This document shows positions 26,610 through 40,121 of a stretch of DNA of 64,000 bases, in pieces. The number at the start of each line of letters is the position of its first letter. The stretch's first letter is position 1. Made by a program: the position numbers and the translations under genes. This stretch comes from Mobula hypostoma (lineage: Eukaryota). Location: positions 9,052,001 through 9,116,000 of the forward strand of contig NC_086097.1 of the NCBI RefSeq assembly GCF_963921235.1, written 5' to 3'. The notes under the pieces are model-generated. The model had not been told where the DNA came from and made no database searches. It worked only from the letters and a program-made list of their open reading frames with translations.

Positions 26610-26980
26610 TGGGCGGTGGGATGGAGATATGTCTCTACCAAAGAGGTGTGAGGCTGTAGGCTGCAGGTCATCCTTGGGCAAGGTGTAGCACCTGCTTAGC
26701 ACACCCCTGCCCCAACCAGGTTTACGAGAAGCCATGGGGGCAGGTGGTGGATGGTCGTATGAGCAGCCGGTGAATATCACAAGTCCTGGTTATGTGACCA
26801 TTGACTCTAGGCAGACAATCTCTGAAGAGTATTGATAATGGCTGGAGCTACCCATCTTGTAAAGACACTGCCCAGAAGAAGGCAATGGAAAACCACCTCT
26901 GTAGAAAAAATTGCCAAGAACAATCATGGTTCTGGAAAGACCATGATCGCCTAAGTCACGCAACATGGTACATAATGAAC
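26610..26980 (+). mobile_element. Non-autonomous RTE-related element (copy 2)
   Basis: Collinear with 20563-20932. Confidence 0.7.
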
Positions 26981-27440
26981 TAATAAAACCTTTTATAATT
27001 TTTTTTCAACATTATGTGCCATGATGTATGACTCGGTCGATCATGGCCCATGACCATGATTGTTCTTGGCAACTTTTTTCTACAGAAGTGGTTTGCCATT
27101 GCTTTCTTCTAGACCACTGTACTTTTCTATACCACTAGCAAATCTCCCCTCATTCTTCAACACTCCAGGGAATAAAATCCTCACCATTCCCTGCAACTCA
27201 TGTTACTTATTGTGTTTCATCCAGAACTTTTCACTCCCCTGTGTATGAACAAAATGGTGAGTTTTTAATTGTTAGACTCTGGTGTAAATCAGCTTTTGAA
27301 GGTGTGCCTTGCACACTGCTGTCATCAGTCGTTATGGAGACTGGTTATGTGCTCTCCCACATGCATCACCAAGTCTAGCCTGGAATGTGCTGAATTAGAG
27401 AATGCCATATTGTCAGGAATGTGCCAAGTTTGCAACACTC

Positions 27441-27930
27441 ATGGTGACCTGGTGAGTAGTCTTGCTTCCTCATACCTCCAGAGATTCCAGGTTCAATCTT
27501 GACTTTGATTCAAGAGTCAGGAATCAACATTGTTTAATATCATTTCCAGTACTCAAGTGTAAAGCAGAACAAAATAATTGTTACTCTGGATCCGATGCAG
27601 CAGAAAAAAGAGACAATAAGATAAACAGCACAAGAATAAAAATATAACAATAAAAATAAATATATAAGATAACATACACTTATAGATCGATTGTATGTCC
27701 AAAAAAGTGGCGGAGTTTCTCATCTCTTTCTGTGCATTCATTTGTGAGTCCACTCAGTGAATCCATTTTATTTTCTTGTGAGCGGACGTTGGCGTGGAAA
27801 AGTGACGGCACCAGCAGTCTTTTTGGGTTAACTCTCGGCCTAGCAGGAATGCCATGTGTGTAGATCTTACACATTTTCCCCTGGCCACTGTTGATCCCTT
27901 CCACATCCCAAAGATGTACTCTTATTTTAA
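27441..27930 (+). mobile_element. Degenerate HE1/V-SINE interrupted by a Rex-type tail
   Basis: tRNA-like head ..CCAGAGATTCCAGGTTCAATCTTGAC; CCACATCCCAAAGA at ~27901. Confidence 0.45.
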
Positions 27931-27939
27931 ATTAATTGG

Positions 27940-28450
27940 TTGGTTTTCTGTCATATCCAACAATGCCAAGAGACCTGTGCCAGAAATTTTTTAAAGCAGA
28001 AAAGCACTAGGACAGTTTCACTCTCAACCGCAAAAGTCCATGTCCAGTAGTCGGCAAGAACTGAGGCCTTCCTTGCTTGCAGTAGATGACCATGACTTTT
28101 TCTGTGCCTTGTCATGCCCTTTGCTCTCTACAAAGTATTGCAGAGCCATCTTCCTGGCTGTTGGATCTCATTGTTAATCTCATCCACCAGGTTAGCCTGG
28201 GCTGACTTCACATGCTAGGACAGGCTTGTCACTATCTCAACCAGGGTATGAGGCCCACCGGCTACCGTCACCTGGGTTTAGGCTACCTGGCAAAGCAGCG
28301 TATCAAGGTCTGGCGGCTGTGGCATGCAAGCACCTACTTGGAGCCACAGGTGAGATCTGAGTGTTCTGTGGGGTCCAACTGTGAGTGAGCTGCCCCAGAC
28401 TGGACACAAAACCCATTTCATCAGAAGTGCCCTGGACACCCCATACACCT
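27940..28450 (-). mobile_element. Probable RTE-related non-coding repeat
   Basis: Recalled resemblance to RTE 5'UTR motifs (GGGCCTCATACCC on minus strand). Confidence 0.35.
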
Positions 28451-28475
28451 CGAAGGGGAGTACTGGAGGGAATAA

Positions 28476-28719
28476 TATCATGTTTTGTAACTTTAAAACA
28501 TAAAACCAATTCAAAGTAAAACACGGGAATCCATAATGCAGGTCTAACTTCGAGCTTACATTAAGCAAGGCACACACGTATCGCATGGTAGCATGATTGA
28601 CCTATGCAATTGAAATATTTATGAGATAACCTCAGATTAATTATTTAAATGAATAAGAAGCTTAATAAAACAATATATGCAGGATTAATCAAATATTATC
28701 AAAATATTAATACCCAACA
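28476..28719 (-). mobile_element. Short AT-rich solo LTR inserted in a CR1 fragment
   Basis: Inverted homologue of 53953-54147; flanks AATAA/AATAG; host CR1 reads through (..GGGAATAGCTTTGAGGTGAGAGGG..). Confidence 0.7.
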
Positions 28720-28801
28720 AATAGCTTTGAGGTGAGAGGGGAGAAATTGAGTAAGATCCTGACTAGCAAGAATTTTATCCAGACATTGCTCAGTACATAT
28801 G

Positions 28802-28887
28802 CAAGGGTTCCCAGCACTTTTTAATATCAAGGACCCCCCCCCTACCATTAACCGACAAGTCTGTGGAATCCAGGTTAGGAACTGCTG
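28802..28887. mobile_element. hAT/Charlie-like MITE
   Basis: Imperfect TIRs CAAGGGTTCCCA / TAGGAACTGCTG; flanks ACATATG/ACATAGA. Confidence 0.5.
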
Positions 28888-28976
28888 ACATAGAATGAGC
28901 TGCCAGTGGAAGTGGTTGAAGCAAGCACACTAAAGGTTATGTGGACAAGTACATGAATAGGAAAGGTTCAGAGGGA

Positions 28977-29102
28977 TGGAAATGATTTGGAAAATGTGTG
29001 TCAGGTGGTTGACGATTGGCTTGAGTTGTTGTCCGATCCTGGCAATTCATTCGCAAACGTTTTGTCACCATATGAGATGTACGCAGGATAACTCAACCCA
29101 CT
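28977..29102. mobile_element. Short Penelope pLTR remnant (second family); 11-bp TSD
   Basis: GTTCAGAGGGA duplicated at 28966-28976 and 29103-29113; minus strand resembles 48495-48545. Confidence 0.6.
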
Positions 29103-29423
29103 GTTCAGAGGGAAATCGGCCAAATGCAAGCAAATAGAATCAGCTCAAATGGGAATCTTGGATGGAGTGAAACAGATGAGCCATAGGGCTTGTTGCTGTT
29201 CTGTAGTATCCCAAAGAGTCACTTAGTAATGCAACACAAAAACTGGCCCTTCGGCCCAAATGCTCCATACCGTCCACAGCATCCAGTTCCAGTTGCCCAT
29301 GTTTGGCCCATAACCTTCCAAGCTTCTCTCCTACGTGTACTTAAATGTTGCAAATATCCCCACTTAGACCACTTTTCCTGTCAGCTCCCTGTGGGTACTC
29401 ACTACCCCTGTGTAAAGTAGTTA

Positions 29424-31310
29424 CAGTGCCCATAAAAAGGATTCACCCCTTGGTTGTTTTCTTGTTTTATTGTTTTACAACATTGAATCACAGTGAATTC
29501 ATTTTGACTTTTTTGACACTGATCAACAGAAAAAGACTCTTTTGTGTCAAGATCTCTACTAAGTGATCTAAACTAGTTATGAATATAAAACATAAATTAA
29601 TTGATTGCATAAGGATTCACTCCCTTCAACATGGGGGCTCACGGGAATGTATTGGCTCCCTTCCTGTTTACCCTGTTTCCCTCGGATTTTAGATACAACA
29701 CTGATTTAGATGTCAACTGCAGAAATTCTCTGATGATTCAGTAATAGCTGGGTGTATAAAGGGAGGATGAGAGGATGAATACAGGGCCCTGGTGGGAAAT
29801 TTTGTCAAATGGTGCAAGCTGAATCACCTGCAGCTCAACATCAGTAAAACAAAGGAGATAGTGATGGACTTTAGGAAGACTAAGCCTACATTGCACCCTG
29901 TTACGATTGATGGTGAGAACATGGATGTGGTGAGAATCTACAAATACTTGGGGGTGCAACTGGATGACAGACTTGAGTGGAGCATCAACGCGGAGATTGT
30001 GTAAGAAGAGCCAGAGAAGCCTCTACTTCCTGAGGAGACTGAGGTCCTTTGGAGTACGCAGGCCTCTCCTTCACATGTTCTACCAGTCTGTTGTCGCCAG
30101 TACAATCTTCCATGCAGTGGTGTGCTGGGGCAATGGCATCAACACCGGTGAAGCCAGCAGGCTCAATAAACTGATTAGAAAGCCTGGCTCTGTTATAGGA
30201 GTCAAACTGGACACACTGGAGGCTGTGATAGAACAAAGGATCTTACGGAAAATCCTGGAAATACTGGACAATGTTTCACAACTTCAGCAAGCCACATTGG
30301 CTGAGCAAAGGAGTACTTTCAGTAATAGATCAAGACAAACTGTACTGCTCCAAAAAGTGCTTTATGAAGACATTGTTACCCTCAGCCATTAGGCTCTATA
30401 ATGAGTCAACCCAAAGCTGAGGAAATGATAACCTCCTCCTCTTAGAATGTTTGTGGTAACTTATTTTTTTATTCTTTCTACCTCCCTTCTAATATTTATG
30501 TCTGTGCACTTTGAATGCTACTGTAACACTGTAATTTCCTTTGGGATCAGTAAAGTATCTATCCATCTATCTTTAATGTGACACATCAAGTTATCACTGG
30601 TGTAACCAATGGTTTTAGAAGTTACATAATTAGTTAAACAGAGATCACCTGTGTACAGCCAAGGTGTTTCAAATGATTATAGTAAAAATACACCTGTATC
30701 TGAAAGGTCCAACTGCTTGTGAGTCAGTATCCTGGTAAAAACTACACCATGAAGACAAGAGAACACTCCAAACAATTCAGTAAAAAAGGTTATTGAAAAG
30801 CACAAGTCAGAAGATGGATGCATGAAAATTCCTGAGTCACACAATACCCCTTGGAGTACAGTCAAGTCAATCACCAAGAAATGGAAAGAATATGACAAAA
30901 TGGTAAATCTTCCTGGAGCAGTCATCCTCAAAAACAGAGTGATCATGCAAGAAGGGGACTAGTGAGAGAGGCCCCCAAGAGACCTATGACAACTCTGGAT
31001 GAGTTACAAGCTTCAGTGGCTAAGATGGAGAGACTGTGCTATCATATTTGATCTACCAAAATGAACCAGCTCACACTTATCTGGGTTGAACTCATCTGCC
31101 ACTTCTCAGCCCAGTTTTGCATCCTTTCGATGTCCCACTGTAACCTCTGACAGCCCTCCACACTATCCACAACATCCCCGACCTAGAATTTGTGACTGGA
31201 TTTGAAAAGGGCTGTTCTCTCATGATCCCCATGCAATCTGACAGAGCTTGAGCAGTTTTGTAAAGAAGAAAGGGGATAATTGCAGTGTCCAGATACGCAA
31301 AGCTCAAAAC
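29424..31310 (+). mobile_element. Tc1 (IR/DR type) transposon remnant
   Basis: TA|CAGTGCCCATAAAAAGGATTCACCCC left end; inner DR at ~29607; transposase MKTREHSKQ..KVIEKHKS..PWSTVKSITKKWKEY from 30749; C-terminal CNLTELEQFCKEE at ~31230. Confidence 0.85.
29630..30572 (+). mobile_element. Rex1/Babar-type LINE 3' half inside the Tc1
   Basis: LQLNISKTKEIVMDFRK, YKYLGVQLDDRLEWS, QRSLYFLRRLRSF; (TATC)n tail. Confidence 0.9.
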
Positions 31311-31319
31311 TCACAAATA

Positions 31320-34300
31320 TGTACAAAGGCTGTTGAAAATCTAGTCAGGAAGAAAAGAAGAGCTTACGAAAAATTCAGAAGGCTAAGTAATGATAGAGAA
31401 CTAGAAGATTATAGGGCTGGTAGGAAGGGGCTCAAGAAAGAAATTAGGAGAGCCAGAAGGGGCCATGAGCAGGCCTTAGCGAACAGCATTAAGGAAAACT
31501 CCAAGGCATTCTACAAGTATGTTAAGAGCAAGAGGATAAGATGTGAGAGAATAGGACCAATCAAGTTTGTCAGTGGAAAAATGTATATGGAACTGGAGGA
31601 GATAGCAGAGCTACTTAATGAGTACTTTGCTTCAGTATTCACTACGGAAGAGGATCTTGCCTTTTGTCGGGATGACTTACAGTGGACTGAAAAGCTTGAG
31701 CATGTAGATATTAAGAAAGAGGATGTGCAGGAGCTTTTGGAAAACATCAAGTTGGATAAGTCACCGGGACTGGACGAGATGTACCCCATGCTACTGTGGG
31801 AGGCAAGGGAAGAGATTGCTGAGCCTCTGGTGATGATCTTTGCATCATCAATGGAGACAGGAGAGGTTCTGGTAGATTGGAGGGTTGTGGATGTTGTTCT
31901 ATTATTCAAGAAAGGGAGTAGAGATAGCCCAGGAATTTATAGACCAGTGAGTCTTACTTCAGTGGTTGGTAAGTTGATGGAGAAGATCTTGAGAGGCAGG
32001 ATTTAGGAACATTTGGAGAGGCACAATAAGTTTAGGAGTAGTCAGCATGGCTTTGTAAAAGGCAGGTCATGCCTTACGAGCCTGACTGATTTTTTTGAGG
32101 ATGTGACTAAACACATTGATAATAGTAGAGCAGTAGATGTAATATATATGGATTTCAGCAAGGCATTTGACAAGGTACCCCATGCCATGCTTATTGAGAA
32201 AGTAAGGAGGCATGGGATCCAAGGGGACATTGTTTTGTGGATCCAGAACTGGCTTGCCCACAGAAGGCAAAGAGTGGTTGTAGATGAGTCATATTCTGCA
32301 TGGAGGTCGGTCACCAGTGGTGTGCCTCAGGGATCTGTTCTGGGACTCCTACTCCTTGTGATTTTTATAAATGACCTGGATGAAGAAGTGGAGGGATGGG
32401 TTAGTAAATTTGCTGATGACACAAAGGTTGGGGGCGTTGTGGATAGTGTGGAGGGCTGTCAGAGGTTACAGCGGGGATTGATAGGATGCAAAACTGGGCT
32501 GAGAAGTGGCAGATGGAGTTCAACCCAGATAAGTGTGAAGTAGTTCATTTTGGTAGGACAGCTAGGCTGTCGGAAGCAGGTTGTTGGGTGACAGTCAGAG
32601 AGGGGAAAGCGAAGGTGAGCAGACAGGTAATGCAGAGCACCCCTGTAGCCATTCCCCTGAATAATAAATTTACTGTCCTGGATACTGTTGGCGGGGATGA
32701 CTGACCAGGTGTGAGCCATGGTGGCAAGGCCTCCGGCATTGAGTCTGACCCAGTGTGCAGAAGCGTGGGACGGAGAAGAGGAGAGCTGTTGTCATTGGAG
32801 ACTCTATAGTCAGGGAAGCAGACAGGAAATTTTGTGGACGTGAGAAGGACACCCGCATGGTTTGTTGCCTCCCGGGTGCCAGGGTCCGGGATGTCTCTGA
32901 CCGAGTGAACGACATCCTGGTACAAGAGGGAAAGCAACCAGAAGTTGTGATACATGTTGGGACCAATGACATCGGCAGGAAGAGGGATGAGGTCCTGAAG
33001 TGTGAGTTTCGGGAACTAGGCAGAAGACTGAAGAACAGGACCTCAAGGGTGGAGTTCTCAGTATTGCTGCCAGTACTATGCGACAGTGATGGTAAGAATT
33101 GGAGGAGATGGCAGTTGGATGCGTGGCTGAGGAGTTGGTGCAGGGAGCAGGGTTTTAGATTTTTGGATCATTGAGATCTCTTCTGGGGAAGGTGGGACCT
33201 GTACAGATTGGATGTGTTGCACCTGAACTCGAGGGGGAGCAATATCCTTGCGGGTAGGTTTGCTAGCATGGTTCGGGACGGTTTAAACTAATTTGCAAGG
33301 GGGATGGGACCCAGAGCGATAGAGCAGTGAAAGAAGTGCATGGAGTAAAGCCAGATCTAACATATAGAGAGGCTTTGAGGAAAGAAAAGCAGAATAAACG
33401 GTGTAAAGACAATAAGGTAGAAGGACTGAAATGTGTGTACCTCAATGCAAGAAGCATCAGGAACAAAGGTGATGAACTGAGAGCTTGGATACACACATGG
33501 AATTATGATGTAGTGGCCATTACAGAGACTTGGCTGGCACCAGGGCAGGAATAGATTCTCAATTTTGCTGGATTTCAGTGCTTTAAAAGGGATAGAGAGG
33601 GTGGAAAAAGGGGAGGAGGGGTGGCATTACTGGTCAGGGATACTATTACAGCTACAGAAAAGGTGGGTAATGTAGCAGGATCCTCTTTTGAGTCAGTATG
33701 AGTGGAAGTCAGGAACAGGAAGGGAGCAGTTACTCTGTTGGGGGTATTCTATAGTCCCCCTGGTAGCAGCAGAGATACAGAGGAGCAGATTGGGAGGCAG
33801 ATTTTGCAAAGGTGCAAAAATAACAGGGTTGTTATCATGGGTGACTTTAACTTCCCTAATATTGATTGGCACCTGATTAGTTCCAAGGGTTTAAGTGGGG
33901 CAGAGTTTGTTAAGTGTGTCCAGGACGGACTTCTGTCACAGTATGTTGACAGGCCGACTAGGGGGAATGTCATACTAGATCTAGCACTAGGTAATGAACC
34001 AGGTCAGGTCACAGATCTCTCAGTGCGTGAGCATCTGGGGGACAGTGATCACAGCTCCCTGGCCTTTAGCATTATCATGGAAAAGGATAGAATCAGAGAG
34101 GACAGGAAAATTTTTTAATTGGGGAAGGGCAAATTATGAGGCTATAAGGCTAGAACTTGCGGATGTGAATTGGGATGATGTTTTTGCAGGGAAATGTACT
34201 ATGGACATGTGGTCGATGTTTAGAGATCTCTTGCAGGATGTGAGGGATAATTTTGTCCTGGTGAGGAAGATAAAGAGTGGTAGGGTGAAGGAACAATGGG

Positions 34301-37034
34301 TGACAAGTGAGGTGGAAATTCTAGTCAGGTGGAAGAAGGCAGCATACATGAGGTTTAGGAAGCAGTGATTAGATGGGTCTACTGAGGAATATCAGGAAGC
34401 AAGAAAGGAGCTTAAGAAGGGGCTGAGAAGAGCAAGAAGGGGGCATGAGAAGGCCTTGGTGGGTAGGGTAAAGGAAAACCCCAAGGCATTCTTCAATTAT
34501 GTGAAGAAAAAAAGGATGACAGGAGAGAAGGTAGGACCGATTAGAGATAAAGGTGGGAAGATGTGCCTGGAGGCTGTGGAAGTGAGCGAGTTCCTCAATG
34601 AATCCTTCTCTTCGGTATTCACCAATGAGAGGCAACTTGATGATGGTGTTGACAATATGAGTGAGGTTGATGTTCTGGAGCATGTTGATATTAAGGGAGA
34701 GGAGGGGTTGGAGTTGTTAATATACAGTAGGACGGATAAGTCCCCTAGGTCTGACGGAATATTCCCCAGGCTGTTCCACAAGGTGAGGGAAGAGATTGCT
34801 GAGCTTCTGGCTAGGATCTTTATCTCCTCGTTGTCCATGGGAATGGTACTGGAGGATTGGAGGGAGGCGAATGTTGTCCCCTTGTTCAAAAAAGGTATTA
34901 GGGATAGTCCGGGTAATTATAGACCAGTGAGCCTTACATCTGAGGTGGGAAAGCTGTTGGAAAAGATTCTTAGTGATAGGATCTCTGGGCATTTAGAGAA
35001 TCATGGTTTGATCAGGGACAGTCACCATGGCTTTGTGAAGGGCAAATCGTGTCTAACAAGCCTGATAGAGTTCTTTGAGGAGGTGACCAGGCATATAGGT
35101 GAGGGTAGTGCAGTGGATGTGATCTATATGGATTTTAGTAAGGCATTTGCCAAGGTTCCACACGGTAGGCTTATTCAGAAAGTTAGAAGGCATGGGATCC
35201 AGGGAAGTTTGGCCAGGTGGATTCAGAATTGGCTTGCCTGCAGAAGGCAGAGGGTGGTGGTGGAGGGAGTACATTCAGATTGGAGGATTGTGACTAGTGG
35301 TGTCCCACAAGGATCTGTTCTGGGACCTCTACTTTTCGTGATTTTTATAACGACCTGGATGTGGGGGTAGAAGTGTGGGTTGGCAAGTTTGCAGATGACA
35401 CAAAGGTTCGTGGTGTTGGGGATAGTGTAGAGGATTGTGAAAGATTGCAGAGAGACATTGATGGGATGCAGAAGTGGGCTGAGAAGTGGCAGATAGAGTT
35501 CAACCCGGAGAAGTGTGAGGTGGTACACTTTAGAAGGACAAACTCCAAGGCAGAGTACAAAGTAAATGGCAGGATACTTGGTAGTGTGGAGGAGCAGAGG
35601 GATCTGGGGATACATGTCCACAGATCCCTGAAAGTTGCCTCACAGGTGGATAGAGTAGTTAAGAAAGCTTACGGGGTGTTAGCTTTCATAAGTCGAGGGA
35701 TAGAGTTTAAGAGTCGCGATGTAATGATGCAGCTCTATAAAACTCTGGTTAGGCCACACTTGGAGTACTGTGTCCAGTTCTGGTCGCCTCACTATAGGAA
35801 GGATGTGGAAGCATTGGAAAAGGTACAGAGGAGATTTACCAGGATGCTGCCTGGTTTACAGAGTATGCATTATGATCAGAGATTAAGGGAGCTAGGGCTT
35901 TACTCTTTGGAGAGAAGGAGGATGAGAGGAGACATGATAGAGGTGTACAGGATAATAAGAGGAATAGATAGAGTGGATAGCCAGTGCCTCTTCCCCAGGG
36001 CACCACTGCTCAATACAAGAGGACATGGCATTAAGGTAAGGGGTGGGAAGTTCAAGGGGGATATTAGAGGAAGGTTTTTTTATTCAGAGAGTGGTTGGTG
36101 CGTGGACTGCACTGCCTGAGTCAGTGGTGGAGGCAGGTACACTAGTGAAGATTAGGAGACTACTAGACAGGTATATGGAGGAATTTAAGATGGGAGCTTA
36201 TATGGGAGGCAGGATTTGAGGGTCGGTAGAACATTGTGGGCCAAAGGGCCTGTACTGTGCTGTACTATTCTATGTTCTATAAGTATGATGACAGAATTTA
36301 GTAATAATGGTAAGACTCTTGGCAAAGTGGAGGATCAGAGAGATCTTGGCGTCCAAGTCCATAGGACACTCAAGGCTGCTGCGCAGGTTGACTCAGAGGT
36401 TAAAAAAGCATACTGTGCATTGGCTTCATCAATCGAGGGACTGAGTTTAGGAGCCCAGAGGTAATGTTGAAGCTATATAGGACCCTCACTTGGAGTACTA
36501 TGCTCAGTTCTGGTTGCCTCTCTATAGGAAGGATGTGGAAACGATAGAAAGGGTGCTGAGTAGATTTACAAGGACGTTGCCTGGATTGGGGAGCATGCCT
36601 TATGAGAATAGGTTGAGTGAACTCGGCCTTTTCTCCTTGGAGCGACGGAGGGTGAGAGGTGACCTGATAGAGGTGTATAAGATGATGAGAAGCATTGACG
36701 TGTGGATAGACAGAGGCTTTTTACCAGGGCTGAAATGGCTAACATGAGAGGTCATAGTTTAAAGGTGCTTGGAAGGAGGTACAGAGGTGATGTCAAGGGT
36801 AAGTTTTTTACGCAGCGAGTGGTGAGTGCGTGGAATATGCTGTCGGTGACAGTGGTGGAGGCGGATACTAAAGGGTCTTTTAAGAGACTCCAGGACAGGT
36901 ACATGGAGCTCAGAAAAATAGTGCGCTATGGGTAACCCTAGGTAACTTCTAAGGTAAGGACATGTTTGGCACAGCTTTGTGGGCCGAAGGGCTTATATTT
37001 TGCTGTAGGTTTTCTATGTTTCTATGTTTCTATG
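31320..37034 (+). mobile_element. Outer CR1 ORF2 (31320-32557 and 36281-37034) split by a second CR1
   Basis: RT motifs in ORFs 31248 and 32013; VVHFGR at 32555 continues at 36281; (TTTCTATG)n tail. Confidence 0.9.
32558..36280 (+). mobile_element. Inner near full-length CR1 with SGNH-esterase ORF1 and APE-RT ORF2
   Basis: GDSIVR, LPGARV, HVGTNDIG; YLNARSIRNK, ITETWL, GDFNFP, GDSDH; RT motifs to FADDTK; only a few stops/frameshifts. Confidence 0.95.
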
Positions 37035-37219
37035 CATTAGTCAAATGAACATACTCTGAACCACTTCCAATACATTAACATTTTCCATAATTAATACCAA
37101 TACAGTGTTCAATACTCCAGATGTGGCCTCACCCAGGCTCTATAATAGTGAAGCACCACCTCCTTACTTTTATGGCCAAATTTCCCAGTGATAAATGGTA
37201 ACATTCTGTTACTCTCTCC

Positions 37220-38450
37220 AATTACAGTTGTTTCATTTTTTATGTCATCTGTTAATAAGGGCTGGCACTTATTTGGGACAATGGTTAGGGCAAAAACTAA
37301 TTGAGAATATACCCTTTGTTTATTTGGGACAACGTGACAATTGGTACAGGACACTGTTGCTGAACAAGTTCTAAATAGCATCAGTCAGGTGCACTAGAAC
37401 CATAGAACCATAGAACACTACAGCACAGAAAACAGGCCATTTGGCCCTTCTATTCTGTGCCAAAACGTTATTCCACTAGTCCCATTGACCTGCACCCAGT
37501 CCATAACCCTCCAGACCTCTCCCATCCATGTATCTATTCCGTTTATTCTTTAAACTTAAGAGTGAGCCCACATTTACCACGTCAGATGGCAGCTCGTTCC
37601 ACACTCCCACCTCTCTCTGAGTGAAGAAGTTACCCCTCATATTCCCCCTAAACATTTCCCCTTTCACCCTGAGGCCATGTCCTCTCATATTTATCTCTCC
37701 TAACCTAAGTGGAAAGAGCCTACTCGCATTTACTCTGTCTATACCCCTCATAATTTTGTAATCCTCTATCAGATCCCCCCTCATTCTTCTATGCAAAGTG
37801 TGGCTGTTAGAAACTTCACTGTGCTCAGAGTGAACAGTTTTTAAACAACTTCAGTTTTGTGTGCTTATGTTCAAACAGCAGTGTTTTCTCCGCTGATAGT
37901 TGGTGAGAAATAAGCAGTAAGACAGTTCTGACCTGTTCTGCTCACTGCAGCTTCAAGTACTCAGGCTTGGAGATGCCAGAAATGGCTGAGAGTGAAAATG
38001 AAATGATTTTGTTACTTCAATAAGTTAGGAAGTACAAAGAATTTTTTAAGGTACTAACAATCATCTTGAATGTTGCAATGAAAATGAGAATTTGGAGGAT
38101 GCAAATACAGAAAACATTGTATGAAGGCAGTCCATTACCTATAATAGGTGCTGCACTGATTTAGTGAATTTACAGTCAATCAAAAGAACACCGCATTGTA
38201 CATTGTATGAGTTCTTCTGTCAATATCTATTAGGAACTAATTCGATTTTATAGTAGTGTAGTAGCATAGGTAGTATTCTAATTTGTTCTGTATTTCATTT
38301 AAATACATAATTTGTTACTCAGTTAAATGGCAGTTTGTCTTTTTTATACCTTTTTAACTACTTCCATGAAACTTCAGCTAATTGGAGCTGCCGCTTAATT
38401 GGGCAAAGAGGTACCTGTCTAGATTCATCCCAATTAACTGGAATCCACAA
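37220..38450. mobile_element. Tigger/pogo-like MITE remnant interrupted by a CR1 tail
   Basis: Repeated TTATTTGGGAC near left end; CCCAATTAACTGGAATCCAC at right end. Confidence 0.4.
37396..37793 (-). mobile_element. CR1 3' fragment
   Basis: ORF 37476..37796; (AGAACCAT)n tail. Confidence 0.9.
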
Positions 38451-38689
38451 TGTTTTCATATTAGCCATTGAAATACCATGTCTCTCAGCATCTCAGAGCT
38501 CTGTAATCTCTCACTTTTCAGATTTCTTTAATCTTCCTGTATTGTACTCCATTTGCCAGATTCGCCCACTCACTTAACATATCTACCCCTCAAGCCCCAC
38601 TTCTATGTTATGACCCGAATTAGGATCTTCTTATCAAAGAGACTGAAACATCTAGTCCCATGAGCTCGAAACTTTGAGACTCTGTGTCT

Positions 38690-39478
38690 TCTTCATGTCT
38701 TCCCACATGTATTTGTGTCATCACCAAATCCTTCACCGTCTTTATCCAAGTCATTTATATAAACTGGAATAAATTGTGACTCAGCGCTGATCCATAATAG
38801 CAATTCAATCATAGCTGAACCTTTTAACCCCTCCACCCCGTAACTTTTGATGCCGCGGCCAATCAAGAACTTATTAAGCTCTGCCTTAACTATACCCAAT
38901 GAGGTGGCCTCCACAGTTGCCTGTGGTAACAAATACCACAAATTCACCACCCTCTGGCTAAAGAAATGTCTTTGCATCTAATTTTTAAATGGACACCCCT
39001 CTATCCTGAGGCTGTGTCCTCTTGTCCTAAACATTCCCAGCATTTTATCATTTAAATCGTTGATATACACCATAAAAGGAAGCGGTCCCAACACCAACCC
39101 CTGGAGAATACCATTAGTCACTGGTAGCCAACTGGAAAATAACTCTTTTATTCCCACTTGCTGTCTCGTACCAATCAGCCAATGATCTAACCATGCTAGT
39201 AACTTTACTCTAATGCCATGGTCTCTTAACTTGGTAAGCAGCCTCATGTGTGGCACCTTGTCAAAGGTCTTCTGAAAGTCCAAATATACAACATCCATTG
39301 CAGCCCCTTTATCTACCCTATTTGCAATCTCCTCAAAGAATTTCAATAGGTTTGTCAGGCAAGATTTTCCCTTGAAGAAAGCATGCTGACTTTGTACTAT
39401 CTTGCCCTGTGTCACCAAGTACTCCATCACCTCATCCTTAACAATTGACTCCAGCACTTTTCCTACCACTGAGGTCAG
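38690..39478 (-). mobile_element. Rearranged CR1 RT and 3' fragments
   Basis: KGKSCLTNLLKFF, VYLDFQKTFDKVPH, FFSQRVVNLW. Confidence 0.85.
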
Positions 39479-40083
39479 ACTCGAGTCTCTCTGATACACA
39501 CTGCATCGTGTCAATGGCGGGGGTGGGGGTGGGGGTGGAATCATTTCTGTCATCTCTGTTTTCTGTTTTTCAGCTATTCTTATATCTATGCCAATGTTTT
39601 ACTCACTGTAACATTGAAACAGTGAGCTGTTGCATTCCTCCCTTGCTATGGCAGGAGAAATATCTCTCTTTCCCCCATTAGTGAGAGAGAGGGTCTGTTG
39701 AGATTTTGAGGTGACTGGATGAACAGTAGTTTTTGATGGACTATAGATCATTGTCTTTTGGGGACTTGCTATTGCTTGCAAGGTAGGTTGGGGGGGGCTT
39801 ACACTTTCTGCTGGAACAATTCAGCAAAGCTGGGGAGGGCTGATGCTTTGCTGCTATTTGTGTGTGGGAAGCAGAGGGGGCTTTGGTACTTTTCAGTCTT
39901 TATATATTTTCGCTCTGTTTCATGGATGTCTGCAAAGATTACGGATTTCAGGTTGTATACTGTATACAGTAGTTTCTCTGATATTAAATTGAACTATTGA
40001 ATCATTGAACTGACACCATCAATGAGCATAAAGGTCTTGCTTGACGACTGAACAGTTCAGGAGGCATCTATGGAAAGAACAAT

Positions 40084-40121
40084 CAGTTGACATTTCAAGC
40101 TGAGATTCTTCATCAGAACTG
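40084..40121 (-). ncRNA. Minimal hammerhead motif in a Penelope pLTR remnant (40050-40200)
   Basis: Minus strand CAGTT-CTGATGA-AGAATCTCAGCTT-GAAA-TGTC-AACTG; perfect 5-bp stem I and intact core. Confidence 0.65.

Noticed and set aside
39516..39538. G-quadruplex-type run (also 14931-14955)
   Set aside because: Short G tracts inside repeat debris with no functional context
38607..39613. Possible LTR TGTTATG...TGTAACA split by CR1 pieces
   Set aside because: No matching TSD, so it cannot be supported
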